DNA of 64,000 nucleotides from the NCBI RefSeq assembly GCF_964204645.1, contig NC_134032.1, forward strand, positions 3,682,175 through 3,746,174, read 5' to 3'. This DNA comes from Tubulanus polymorphus (Eukaryota > Animalia > Nemertea). Positions 1 to 10,020 of this stretch are shown piece by piece (position 1 is the stretch's first letter; each line of letters starts with the position of its first letter). The position numbers were made by a program, and so were the translations under genes. The notes beneath the pieces were generated by a model. The model saw only the letters and a list, made by a program, of their open reading frames with translations, did not search any database and was not told the origin of the DNA.

Positions 1-78
1 CACCCACATGGTGACATAAAATATAGTGAATTAAAATCATGGTTACAAAATCAACCCACATATCAAATTCATAAAAAG

Positions 79-993
79 ATGGATAAAAAATATTTAACAA
101 GAAAAGTAATGGTTTCATATATTGACCAACAATGGCAAGCTGATTTAATTGACATGAAAAACTTAGAAGAATATAACAAAGGATATTTCTGGATACTGAA
201 TGTTATAGATATATTCAGTAGATACGCATGGTCAATTCCAATCAAAAATAAAACTGGTATAGAAGTAACAAATGCTTTCAAATTAATATTTAAAGAAGCT
301 ATCCCAGATAAGATACAATTTGATGAAGGTAAAGAATTTTATAACAAACATTTCAAAAAACTATTATCTGATAACGATGTAGAATATTTTTCAACACATT
401 CAGATAAAAAAGCATCAGTTATAGAAAGATTTAATAAAACATTGAAAACTAGAATGTGGAAATATTTTACCGCTAATGAAACATATAAATATATCGATGT
501 GTTAGATGATTTAGTGAAAGGTTATAATAATTCTAAACATAGTTCTATAAATATGAAACCCATACAAGCTAGAAAAGAAGATAATTCGGAAATAGTTTGG
601 AATAATTTATATGGAGCATTTGTTACACATGATTTTGGTGAACCTAAATTTAAAATAGGACAACACGTTAGAATTTCTAAATATAGAAAAACATTTTATA
701 AAGGTTATACCCCTAATTTTACAGAAGAAATATTTAAAATTAAAAAGATAATATTAACTAAACCATTTGTTTATAAATTGTTTGATTTAAAAGATGAAGA
801 AATATTAGGTTATTTTTATGAACAAGAATTATCATTAGTACCAAATCCAGATGAAATAGAATACAAAATAGAAAAGGTATTGAAAACAAAAACTCTTAAA
901 GGAAAAAAGTATTCTTTGGTGAAATATAAAGGATATGATGATAAATTTAATGAATGGATTTTATCTAGTAAAATTAAAAGAATAAATGAATAA
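79..993 (+). CDS. Retroviral-type (rve) DDE integrase with C-terminal chromodomain; N-terminally truncated relative to 62041..63129
   Basis: WQADLID, IDIFSRY, QFDEGKEF and VIERFNKTLK catalytic motifs; EYKIEKVL..LVKYKGY..NEWI chromodomain; near-identical to the 362-aa copy B gene. Confidence 0.93.
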   Translation: MDKKYLTRKVMVSYIDQQWQADLIDMKNLEEYNKGYFWILNVIDIFSRYAWSIPIKNKTGIEVTNAFKLIFKEAIPDKIQFDEGKEFYNKHFKKLLSDNDVEYFSTHSDKKASVIERFNKTLKTRMWKYFTANETYKYIDVLDDLVKGYNNSKHSSINMKPIQARKEDNSEIVWNNLYGAFVTHDFGEPKFKIGQHVRISKYRKTFYKGYTPNFTEEIFKIKKIILTKPFVYKLFDLKDEEILGYFYEQELSLVPNPDEIEYKIEKVLKTKTLKGKKYSLVKYKGYDDKFNEWILSSKIKRINE

Positions 994-1597
994 AGATTTA
1001 TTTATATTTGAACCACATAATATGTTAGTTACTGGAGTAACCAATTGTGGTAAAACACATTTCATATTAGACTTGTTAGAAACTATTTATAAGAATCATT
1101 TTGATAATATAATATTATTCTGTCCTACATATGAAATGAATAAAACGTATAATAGAGATATAGTTAAGATAAAAAAGTTTATTATATTAGACCCTAAAAC
1201 AGTAAAAGAAAATTTAGAAAATTGTATAAAAATTGCATTAGATATTTATAAAGGATCAAATACATTATTTATTATTGATGATTGCGCAAATTTACATGAT
1301 TCAAAAGTTATGGAAAGCGAGTTATGTTATTTAGCTTTCTCTGGTAGACATTTTGGGATAACAACTTGGGTTTTAAATCAGAAATATAATTCAATTGTGA
1401 AAGATTTTAGAGAGAATATAAGATTTCTAGTTTTATTTTATAACAAAGATAAAAAATCTATGCAACAATCATTGGAAGAAAATCAAATTATACCTACTGA
1501 ATTACATGATGAATATATGAATAAATTAAAAAATAATAAAGGTTCCAAATTACTTATGAGATTACAATTTCCATATGAATATAAATTTATAAAATAA
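986..1597 (+). CDS. A32/FtsK-family genome packaging ATPase
   Basis: Walker A GVTNCGKT, Walker B LFIIDD, GRH motif, WVLNQ; position next to the integrase. Confidence 0.93.
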   Translation: MNKDLFIFEPHNMLVTGVTNCGKTHFILDLLETIYKNHFDNIILFCPTYEMNKTYNRDIVKIKKFIILDPKTVKENLENCIKIALDIYKGSNTLFIIDDCANLHDSKVMESELCYLAFSGRHFGITTWVLNQKYNSIVKDFRENIRFLVLFYNKDKKSMQQSLEENQIIPTELHDEYMNKLKNNKGSKLLMRLQFPYEYKFIK

Positions 1598-1613
1598 AAT
1601 CCTAATTCAGAAT

Positions 1614-2244
1614 ATTATAGAATTCACTGTATATTGATGGATGAGTGGATGAATTGGATGAATTGGATGAATTGGAAGAGTGGATGAATGGAAGAGTGTA
1701 ATAATATATAATTTACATATGTTTTTTATTTTTAAAACAGTAAGAGTTTGATTTGAAGATGTCATATAATAATAAATATATTTTTATAAAATAATAAAAT
1801 GACAGATAATAAATGTCATATAATAATAAATATATTTTTATAAAATAATAAATAATAAAATGATAAATAATAAAATGATAAATAATAAATATATTTTTAT
1901 AAAATAATAAATAATAAAATGATAAATAATAAAATGATAAATAATAAATATATTTTTATAAAATAATAAATAATAAAATGATAAATAATAAAATGATAAA
2001 TAATAAATATATTTTTATAAAATAATAAATAATAAAATGATAAATAATAAATGTCATATAATAATAAATATATATTCTGTTAAATTTAATAAAGAATAAA
2101 AATATTATATTTATACTCATACTATTCTTCCAATTTATGTGTTAAAAAGTAAAATATATATATTATCATACTCATCCACTCTTCCACTCATCCAATTCAT
2201 CCAACTCATCCATTCATCCATCAATATACAGTGAATTCTATAAT
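1614..2244. repeat. ~95-bp inverted repeats (1614-1710 / 2155-2244) flanking an AT-rich ~59-bp-unit minisatellite (~1760-2070) between the convergent gene blocks
   Basis: ATTATAGAATTCACTGTATATTGATGGATGA followed by TGGATGAAT-like repeats on + at 1614, and its reverse complement ending at 2244. Confidence 0.9.
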
Positions 2245-2254
2245 CTTTTTAATT

Positions 2255-3304
2255 TTAATTTTCATATTTTTCTTTAAGCTTATTGTATTCTAAATATATA
2301 TCCTTTTGCATTATCTTTGATATAGGTCCTGAATAATTCCCAAATTTATATTTATGGAATTTTATTCTTGAAAATATTTTTGGAATATAATTTTCGATTT
2401 CAATTTTAGATGGATGTTTATTTAAAAATTCTCTAAAATCATCATATTTAAGTTCAAATAAGTTCATTGCATAACTTACATTTGGTTTAAAGTTATCTAA
2501 CTTTTTCAATATGGTAACTATATCATTACTCGAGAAATAATCTATAAATGTTTTTCTATACCACCGATAATCTAATATATTATTATTATTAAATTTTGGA
2601 TTTATAACTCTTGGATCTTCTATTACATTATCTGTACCAATATGTTTAATTGAGTATTTATGATTCAATTGTTTATCATATATTACATATTCTTTACATT
2701 TTTCACACCAAGATTTAAATACTTGTATTGCATGGGCTGAATCATTTCCACTTTTTGTTTTTAATTTATAATGTTTTGCCCAATTAGCCTTTGTTATACA
2801 TTCATTACAGAAGGCACAATAATTCTGATCCTCTTTGCATTTATCTTTATATATATTGGCATATGTTTTTACTAATTGTAAAATATGTTCATCTTTTTTG
2901 ATGTGTAATAAATAATCATTGTAATTATCAAAATCTTCTTCACAATACATACATCTGATGTTATCTTTTGGTTGAACATTTGATTTTTCTATTTTAGGTT
3001 CAATATTATGTTCTATTTTTGTTTCAATCTTATCATCATTCGATGTAGAAGGTATAACATTATCTTCTATTTTAGGTTCAATATTATCTTCTATTTTATA
3101 TTCAATATCATTCTTATCTTCTATTTTAGGTTCAATATTATTTTCTATTTTAGTTTCAATATTCTTATCTATTTTACTTATTCTATATTTGAATTGATTA
3201 AAGTAATCTCCAAAATACTTACTGTATTCATCATAAGGTAATATATAATATATATCTGATATCATTTCACTTGGAGATTGTATTTCATATATTCCACCTT
3301 CCAT
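2255..3304 (-). CDS. Polinton accessory protein with three C2H2 (U1/matrin-like) zinc fingers and IEPKIE repeats
   Basis: CMYC..H..H, CAFC..H..H, CEKC..H..H; low-complexity repeat near the N-terminus. Confidence 0.8.
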   Translation of the reverse strand: MEGGIYEIQSPSEMISDIYYILPYDEYSKYFGDYFNQFKYRISKIDKNIETKIENNIEPKIEDKNDIEYKIEDNIEPKIEDNVIPSTSNDDKIETKIEHNIEPKIEKSNVQPKDNIRCMYCEEDFDNYNDYLLHIKKDEHILQLVKTYANIYKDKCKEDQNYCAFCNECITKANWAKHYKLKTKSGNDSAHAIQVFKSWCEKCKEYVIYDKQLNHKYSIKHIGTDNVIEDPRVINPKFNNNNILDYRWYRKTFIDYFSSNDIVTILKKLDNFKPNVSYAMNLFELKYDDFREFLNKHPSKIEIENYIPKIFSRIKFHKYKFGNYSGPISKIMQKDIYLEYNKLKEKYEN

Positions 3305-3336
3305 TTAATATAAGATTTTTTATTAAAGTTAAAATT

Positions 3337-4584
3337 TTAATACATAACACTATCTAATTGAGAATTTACAATATTTAATTGCGCATCAGATATAATATAA
3401 ATGTGCATTTTAAAATTTTTAATTCCTTTTTTCTTTGTCATGAATAATTGTATTCCATCTTTTGTATTTTGTAGTTTTTTTCCAGAACCATGTAATGAAT
3501 TATCTTCAGTTGTTCTAAAATCTAACCATAATGCATATTTATTACCGGTATAATAGTCAATTTGATTAATGTTACAATTTTCAAATGATTTTACTTTTTC
3601 ATTCATAAAATGTTTTTTAATTTCTACCCATTGATCTATCATTCTCATTCCTTGACAAAATATTTTATTCGCTATACCTTCGATAGTTATTTCTACTTTT
3701 GTTATTTCAGGATTATAATAATTATCAACATTTATTGCGCCATTAGTATACGTTCCAATGGTAAAAAATATTAATATACCTTTAATAGATCTTCTAGGAA
3801 AGTTAATATTCTCATTAATTATTTCATCATTTGCATTAATAGTTACAGTTTTAAATTTATCAATATAATCATATAATAATGAAAATCCTTGATTGTATTG
3901 AGTTTGAATTGTTCTAGCAATATTTTCATCAGTTACTGTATCATATTCTAAACATATATTCGATAATTTATAACTCATATCTTTATTAACGCTAGATATT
4001 ACAATTTCATTTACAGGAGCAAATGTTATCACAAATATAATATCTTCTTGAATTGCGTATTTATATAAAGGTGCATTATTATTTATCAATTCAAAGTCTA
4101 ATGGAATTTTATATTTGTTTCCATATATACTTTTTATCAATTTATCTACATCATTTGTTAATATTGCGCTATTAGCTTCTGATCTTAATTTATTTTGGTT
4201 TTCTGATTGGATTCCTTGAAATATCATATTATTTCTATTTTCTTTTGTTAACCACAAATCTTTATAATGCATAAATAAATTATAATCATCTAATGAGAAA
4301 ACTGTTTCTGGACCAATCTTTATTGTTAACTTTTTAATCAAATATCTTCCAACATTATCAACAACATAATTATTATTATTACCGATTACTTTTATATCGG
4401 CTGATAAATAAATACTATTTGGAACATAAAAAGTATTTTGTGTTAATCTAGGGATTCTAACGTATAAAGTTTCATCGGGATTAATATTTGAAGGGTTATG
4501 AGTAATTATATGATGTGATCTTTCTGCTTTAATAGCATTAGATATTCTATGATTCTTAGAAGGATTGATATAACTCCCACTCAT
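3337..4584 (-). CDS. Major capsid protein (double jelly-roll)
   Basis: 415 aa, beta-rich, with NPSNINPDETLYVRIP, IKKLTIKIG, YKIPLDF and RSIKGILIFF patterns typical of Polinton/PLV MCPs; genomic position. Confidence 0.85.
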   Translation of the reverse strand: MSGSYINPSKNHRISNAIKAERSHHIITHNPSNINPDETLYVRIPRLTQNTFYVPNSIYLSADIKVIGNNNNYVVDNVGRYLIKKLTIKIGPETVFSLDDYNLFMHYKDLWLTKENRNNMIFQGIQSENQNKLRSEANSAILTNDVDKLIKSIYGNKYKIPLDFELINNNAPLYKYAIQEDIIFVITFAPVNEIVISSVNKDMSYKLSNICLEYDTVTDENIARTIQTQYNQGFSLLYDYIDKFKTVTINANDEIINENINFPRRSIKGILIFFTIGTYTNGAINVDNYYNPEITKVEITIEGIANKIFCQGMRMIDQWVEIKKHFMNEKVKSFENCNINQIDYYTGNKYALWLDFRTTEDNSLHGSGKKLQNTKDGIQLFMTKKKGIKNFKMHIYIISDAQLNIVNSQLDSVMY

Positions 4585-4638
4585 TTATTTAACAAAAAAA
4601 TTAATTATTTATTTTTTGATATTTTTTGATATCATGGT

Positions 4639-6348
4639 TTACTTGATATTTTTTGATATCATATTTACTAACCCAAAAATAATAGCACTTACAACTGTGA
4701 TTAAAAATAAAATAATATGTTCAGCAGCAAAGTTAATAATGTTTCCTGCAGATTTTAAAACAAAACCAACAATTGAAGCAATAACTCCTGGTAATGCTGC
4801 AGCAGATTTCTTTGATAGTTCCCATAAATATTTTGCTAATTTCTTTAAACCATCCTTAACTTTATCTTGTATAGAATTATTTCCTGGAGGTTTATCTGGT
4901 TTATTGGGAGTGGGAGTAGATTTTAAAGCATTTGATATAGCTAAACCTATTGTTGTAAATAACATAGTTACAGCTGTTAGAATTGAAAGAATTGTTATTC
5001 CTTCTAATTTAAATAATAATCTTATTCTGTCTTTTAATGATATTTCAGAATCTGGTTTTATCAACAAATCTTTAAAAATAACTTTTAATTTTTTAATATG
5101 ATTAAGATCATATGATTTTAATAATATATCTCTTTCTTTTTCCTGTAATATTTTGTTATATTTTAAATCATCTATTTCTTTTTCTAAAGCTAACTTTCTG
5201 CTTTCATAATCAGCTTCCTCGATTAATTGAAGATCTCTATTTAATTCTAATTGTTTTAATTCTTCATTTGCATTACTTAATTCTTTTTCTAACATGGTTA
5301 TTTTAGAAAATCTCATCTTAATATTAGCAATTTCACCAGCTGATTCTTGCATACCTTTAATTTCTCTACGTGCTTGTTCAGGAAATTCTTTTAATTCTTC
5401 ATCAGTTAAATCAAGTAATCCTTTTTCTAGTAAAGATTGTATTCGATTTATTCCAGTTTCAGAACCAGATGTATCTGATATACTATTCATCAGTTCTTCT
5501 GAATCTCTTAATCTATCAATTTGTTTTTCTAATGTTAATTGTAATTGACTTGAATCATTATCAATTTGTTGAGTGTCTCTTCTCGATGTTTCGGGTGTTG
5601 AAGACCTTAATTTATCTAATTGATTTCTATGATCTTCCATTTCTGGATTAAAATCAGTAGGATTTGGATTTTTAAATGGTGAATATTTGTTTATATTAAT
5701 ATTAGGAATTGGTTCTTCTTCATTTATTCTATCGATTGCATTCCATATAATTCTGAGAAATTCTCTACCACCTTTTGAACCTTCAATTGTAGATAATGCT
5801 TGCATTCCAGGTTCAAAAATATTTTCTTGACCCATTCTAGATAATTGAATTGATACAGTATTCCTATTTAATTCAAGATTATAATACCATGAATCATTTT
5901 TAAATTCTAAATTATTTGTGAAATATGGGTCATCTTTAAAAATTTGTTCTACAATATCTTCAGTATCAATTTCATCTATTACAACTTTTGGTAATAATTC
6001 GTTAACAATTGTATCTGTTACTCTAGATTTCATTTTATATAATTCCATAGGTTTATCAGGATATTTTTCTTGTTGTTCTACTAATAGTTTCATAAATTCT
6101 TTTCTTTCTTTTCTAGTTGAAATTCTACCACTTTCAGGAGCTTTTAAATATTTATTTAATTTTTCACGTACTTCGGTATTAATTCCATCATCATCATCAT
6201 AATCATCTTCACCTAAATTAGTATTGTATGCTGATTCATCATCATTATCAATATTAGCACCTGCATCATTATAATCATCATCAATATATCCTTCATTATC
6301 ATTTCCCATTTCTCCCATTTCATAATCTTCTCCACCTTCTACATCCAT
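4639..6348 (-). CDS. Acidic/coiled-coil protein with C-terminal hydrophobic and amphipathic helices (virion membrane or tape-measure-like candidate)
   Basis: D/E-rich N-terminus, long coiled coil, GITILSILTAVTMLFTTIGLAI and AAALPGVIASIVGFVL...ILFLITVVSAIIFGLV segments. Confidence 0.75.
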   Translation of the reverse strand: MDVEGGEDYEMGEMGNDNEGYIDDDYNDAGANIDNDDESAYNTNLGEDDYDDDDGINTEVREKLNKYLKAPESGRISTRKERKEFMKLLVEQQEKYPDKPMELYKMKSRVTDTIVNELLPKVVIDEIDTEDIVEQIFKDDPYFTNNLEFKNDSWYYNLELNRNTVSIQLSRMGQENIFEPGMQALSTIEGSKGGREFLRIIWNAIDRINEEEPIPNININKYSPFKNPNPTDFNPEMEDHRNQLDKLRSSTPETSRRDTQQIDNDSSQLQLTLEKQIDRLRDSEELMNSISDTSGSETGINRIQSLLEKGLLDLTDEELKEFPEQARREIKGMQESAGEIANIKMRFSKITMLEKELSNANEELKQLELNRDLQLIEEADYESRKLALEKEIDDLKYNKILQEKERDILLKSYDLNHIKKLKVIFKDLLIKPDSEISLKDRIRLLFKLEGITILSILTAVTMLFTTIGLAISNALKSTPTPNKPDKPPGNNSIQDKVKDGLKKLAKYLWELSKKSAAALPGVIASIVGFVLKSAGNIINFAAEHIILFLITVVSAIIFGLVNMISKNIK

Positions 6349-6364
6349 TTACATAATAAAAAAA

Positions 6365-7753
6365 TTAAAATTTAAAATATAATATTCCTCCGATTACAAT
6401 TCCTATACAAGTTATAGCTAATTTAGTATTTTCATGGGATTTATTATCATCATTTAGTTTAATTATATCATGTTGAATTTTATCAGTTCTATTATTTTCT
6501 GATGTATTGTAATCTTTTATTTTAGAATCATTATTTAATTTAATATTATTAGTTTTAGTTTCTGTTGATTGAATATGTTTTTTATTTTTTTCACCTTCCA
6601 TTAATTTTGGAGCAGTAATAATCTTTTTATTTATATCATTCAATCCAAATGAATTGTTTATTGTTGCAGTTTTAATTAGATTATTATAACCAATTATATT
6701 TCCCATCTTTAATACTAAATCATTAGAAATAATTAATAGATTAGGGCCTATACAATAATTAAGTCTTACATGAGATTTATCTAAATAATTTTGATATCTT
6801 ATAATGTTTTCTGGAATCGATCTATTTTTATCATTATGAATTGAATCTTCAAATAAAACTTTAAATTGTTTTTGTGTATCGAATGATGTATTCAAATTTC
6901 CAATTATCGGTGATCTTGTTTCAACTTGTGATCCTAGAATACATATCAAATAAGTTCTAATATATTGATTTATTCTTTCTATACCTGATTTTGTAAAACC
7001 TTCACTATTTTCTAAAATAAAATAAACCCAACCATTATTGTTTTCTTGTTTTAAATTATCATAAAATTTTGGTAATTTATTGAAATTTAATGTTTCTAAA
7101 TCCTTTGTTTCTATTTTACCATAACCTAATTTTTTATTATAGATATTATAAAAACTATTAGATGGTATGGGAAGTGCACAATATTCTGCAATCTTTTTAG
7201 GGCAAGGAAGTGATCTTATTGTTCCAATTTTTATTCTAAAATCAGAATTATTTATATCTATATTAAATTCATTACAAATTTTATAAAACTTTGATAAATT
7301 AATATTATTATCTAATTCTTTAAAATATCTAGATCCTGGTAAAGCGCACTCTAATTCATTTAATATTATTCTGATTTGAAAGTATGTATGAAATCTAAAT
7401 AAACTTTGAATTAGTTTATATTTAGAATTATTCAAATGATCATTCCAACTAATTCCACATCCTGTTGTTGCACAATAAACAGCAAAATTTAATTGGTTCT
7501 GCCAATACTTCATATTAGATTTTAATAACCATTGTTTTTCATCTTTCAATTTTTTAAAATTAATCAAATATACATGAAATATATTTTCCATCTTTGCATT
7601 AAAATTATTAGTTTCAGTAACATAAATTTCTAAATTAGTTAATGAATCTAAAACTTCATTTCTATATGTAATATCTTTATTAAAATCTATTGCTGGAATA
7701 TTATATTTAATTGAATTATTATATCGGAAAGCTTTTGGAAAACTATCTGCCAT
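6365..7753 (-). CDS. Polinton protein of unknown function with C-terminal membrane anchor
   Basis: Intact 462-aa ORF; WQNQLNFAVYCATTGCG motif; terminal LAITCIGIVIGGILYF transmembrane segment. Confidence 0.75.
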   Translation of the reverse strand: MADSFPKAFRYNNSIKYNIPAIDFNKDITYRNEVLDSLTNLEIYVTETNNFNAKMENIFHVYLINFKKLKDEKQWLLKSNMKYWQNQLNFAVYCATTGCGISWNDHLNNSKYKLIQSLFRFHTYFQIRIILNELECALPGSRYFKELDNNINLSKFYKICNEFNIDINNSDFRIKIGTIRSLPCPKKIAEYCALPIPSNSFYNIYNKKLGYGKIETKDLETLNFNKLPKFYDNLKQENNNGWVYFILENSEGFTKSGIERINQYIRTYLICILGSQVETRSPIIGNLNTSFDTQKQFKVLFEDSIHNDKNRSIPENIIRYQNYLDKSHVRLNYCIGPNLLIISNDLVLKMGNIIGYNNLIKTATINNSFGLNDINKKIITAPKLMEGEKNKKHIQSTETKTNNIKLNNDSKIKDYNTSENNRTDKIQHDIIKLNDDNKSHENTKLAITCIGIVIGGILYFKF

Positions 7754-7769
7754 TTATATAACTAAAAAA

Positions 7770-8204
7770 TTAATAATTTATTAATTCTTTTAATAATTTA
7801 TCTTGTTCTTCAATTGTTATATGACCATTTAAACTCATTATATAATCTAGTGTGTTCTTTAATTTATTAATTTCTTTTATATTAGTTTTGATTTTTTCTT
7901 TATTACTTTTTATATTTAATTTTGAACTTATACCAGTTAAAACACTTGAACTTAATCCTAATACACCAATTGATATAGCTAAAGGTGTTAATGGACTGAA
8001 TATTGCTAGAAATGCTATTACAGAACTAATTGTAACCGAACCACTTATAATCAAATAATATATAATTTTACTTTTTAAATATTTTTTCTTTTTTATCTTT
8101 AAGTCACTTTCAAATTCTAATATTTGTTTTTCTAAATATATTTTTAATTTAGTTTTATTTATATCATGAGGAATAATATCAATACTATCAACTTTATCTT
8201 CCAT
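7770..8204 (-). CDS. Two-TM membrane protein flanked by coiled coils (pore-former-like candidate)
   Basis: Hydrophobic hairpin IIYYLIISGSVTISSVIAFLAIF / PLAISIGVLGLSSSVLTGI. Confidence 0.7.
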   Translation of the reverse strand: MEDKVDSIDIIPHDINKTKLKIYLEKQILEFESDLKIKKKKYLKSKIIYYLIISGSVTISSVIAFLAIFSPLTPLAISIGVLGLSSSVLTGISSKLNIKSNKEKIKTNIKEINKLKNTLDYIMSLNGHITIEEQDKLLKELINY

Positions 8205-8223
8205 TTATTTAGAATAAAAATTA

Positions 8224-8646
8224 CTAATTAGTAAACTTATAAGCAACAAATATAACAATAACAGTTCCACCTAAAATCCAAATTATTTCATATTTCTGTT
8301 GTTCTTTACTCGGGGTATAATAATCTGATAATTTAGGTTTGTATAGATGTAATTTTTCTTTATTTGTTACTGCGTTATATAAACTCATAGCATCATCGAC
8401 TGATTGAAAATCTCTATGTGAAATCTTCTGATCATATAATTCTTTATTGATGTAATCCATATAGTTTTGTCTCTTTTCTCTATATTCTTCTGCAGCTTTA
8501 TTGTATTTCTCTAACGCTAAATTATGTCTTCTTTGTTCTCCTAATGAACTATTTTTATCAATATGTTTAAATAAATACCCACCACCAGTAAATGCTAAAG
8601 CGTTAACAATTGCTGATCCTATAATAGTTATAATTGCAGAAGCCAC
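8224..8646 (-). CDS. Small membrane protein (N- and C-terminal TM, central coiled coil); start codon is GTG
   Basis: IITIIGSAIVNALAFTGGGYLF and IIWILGGTVIVIFVAY; context TAAGTG where neighbouring genes have TAAATG. Confidence 0.7.
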   Translation of the reverse strand: MASAIITIIGSAIVNALAFTGGGYLFKHIDKNSSLGEQRRHNLALEKYNKAAEEYREKRQNYMDYINKELYDQKISHRDFQSVDDAMSLYNAVTNKEKLHLYKPKLSDYYTPSKEQQKYEIIWILGGTVIVIFVAYKFTN

Positions 8647-8670
8647 TTATTTAACAAAAAAATTATGCAT

Positions 8671-8892
8671 TTATATGGGAGGAATATATTTTTGTTTTTC
8701 TAAATAATCAATTGTTAAATTAGATAAAGTTACTGCTAATGTTAACTTTAAAATATCATTTATATCAAATCTGTCAACATTAACACTTCCCATTTTGAAT
8801 ACTTTTTTTAATACCATTGAATAACCAACAGTTCCAACTGATAGTAATGCGCCATTATATAATCCAGTTATTATCCACTTATTATCACTCAT
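8671..8892 (-). CDS. Small hydrophobic membrane protein, 73 aa
   Basis: T7-GATAAA-TAAATG start context; two hydrophobic helices. Confidence 0.65.
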   Translation of the reverse strand: MSDNKWIITGLYNGALLSVGTVGYSMVLKKVFKMGSVNVDRFDINDILKLTLAVTLSNLTIDYLEKQKYIPPI

Positions 8893-9234
8893 TTATTTAT
8901 CAAAAAAATTACTATCATCAAAATATTTAGTTAACTTAGTGATGATTAATTCAACATTTATTTCATTACTAGTTTTATGATTATCATATATTTTGGATAA
9001 TATGTTTTTAATATCATAAATAATTCCATCTTCATTTAATTCATAATATTCTAAAGGTGATTTAATTAAATCAATTACTTTTTCTATATTATACTTTTCT
9101 TTATCAATCATTGATGCATTGTTAAATGATTTACTTTTTATATCAGTAATTACATCATTTAGTTTAATTCTCATTTCTTTACCATGTTTAAAATCAAACC
9201 CAAAACATATACTCGGTCCAACAGTTATATTCAT
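8893..9234 (-). CDS. Hypothetical Polinton protein, 113 aa
   Basis: Intact ORF with the shared T7-N6-TAAATG start motif, tightly packed in the gene block. Confidence 0.65.
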   Translation of the reverse strand: MNITVGPSICFGFDFKHGKEMRIKLNDVITDIKSKSFNNASMIDKEKYNIEKVIDLIKSPLEYYELNEDGIIYDIKNILSKIYDNHKTSNEINVELIITKLTKYFDDSNFFDK

Positions 9235-9250
9235 TTATATATCAAAAAAA

Positions 9251-10003
9251 TTACTCTCTACATCTTATAACTAATTCATATATCACAGGAAAGTTATTTA
9301 AATCAATTAAGTATCCATTATGATTTCTAATTTCTAATCTAAAATTATTAAATTTAGGAATGCATGGTTTGAAATCACATTCTGTTAAATTATAATTTAT
9401 TTGCGTTCCAAATTCTTTAACATTCTTCAATGGTAAAATGTTTAGTAAACCAGAATTACAAGTTATATCTTTAGTTGCTTCGAATGTTTTTGTAGGATCG
9501 ATTAAATTGCAATAAATATAAAAATGTGTGTAAGGTATTAAGTTTGGTGTAGTAGCGTCAATATTTGTAAAAGATCCATCTGGAATAATTCCTAACAGTT
9601 TAGCTATAGGTTTTTTTACCATAAATTTATGTTTTTCACTATTAGACAACGTTATCTTTATTCTATCAGAACTCTCACTTTTTAAAAATCTAATACTAAA
9701 CCCAGAACTACTGCCTAATTTGTGCCAAGCTTTTCTATTAATTTCTTGTGCTAATGTATCTAAATTATATAACCCTGGTTTTAAATATATATAGACCCAT
9801 TCATTTTTATTTTTATTAAAAATTAAAAAAGCTCTATGTTCAATAGTTTTATTCGATATATTGTAAAAAGAATTACATAAACTTATATTTTAAATCTACA
9901 CAATTCTTAAATTCTCTGTCTAATTGTACTAATAAATTATGAGATTTATAATTGTAAGCCTTCTAGAATCAACAAATATTCTGTATTCTTTTAATTCTAC
10001 CAT
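9251..10003 (-). pseudogene. Minor capsid protein (penton, single jelly-roll) with two compensating frameshifts near the 5' end
   Basis: TAAATG start at 10003 (MVELKEYRIFVDSR). Shifted frame gives AYNYKSHNLLVQLDREFKN, then back in frame SLCNSFYNIS, PGLYNLDTL, FYIYCNLID and IDLNNFPV penton-like motifs, continuous with ORF 9251..9649. Confidence 0.8.
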
Positions 10004-10020
10004 TTATTTTACATATTTTC

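Noticed and set aside
4616-8707. Plus-strand ORFs antisense to Polinton genes (4616, 5112, 5294, 5370, 5918, 7852, 8501)
   Set aside because: Shadow ORFs of the minus-strand genes; no motifs and no TAAATG context.
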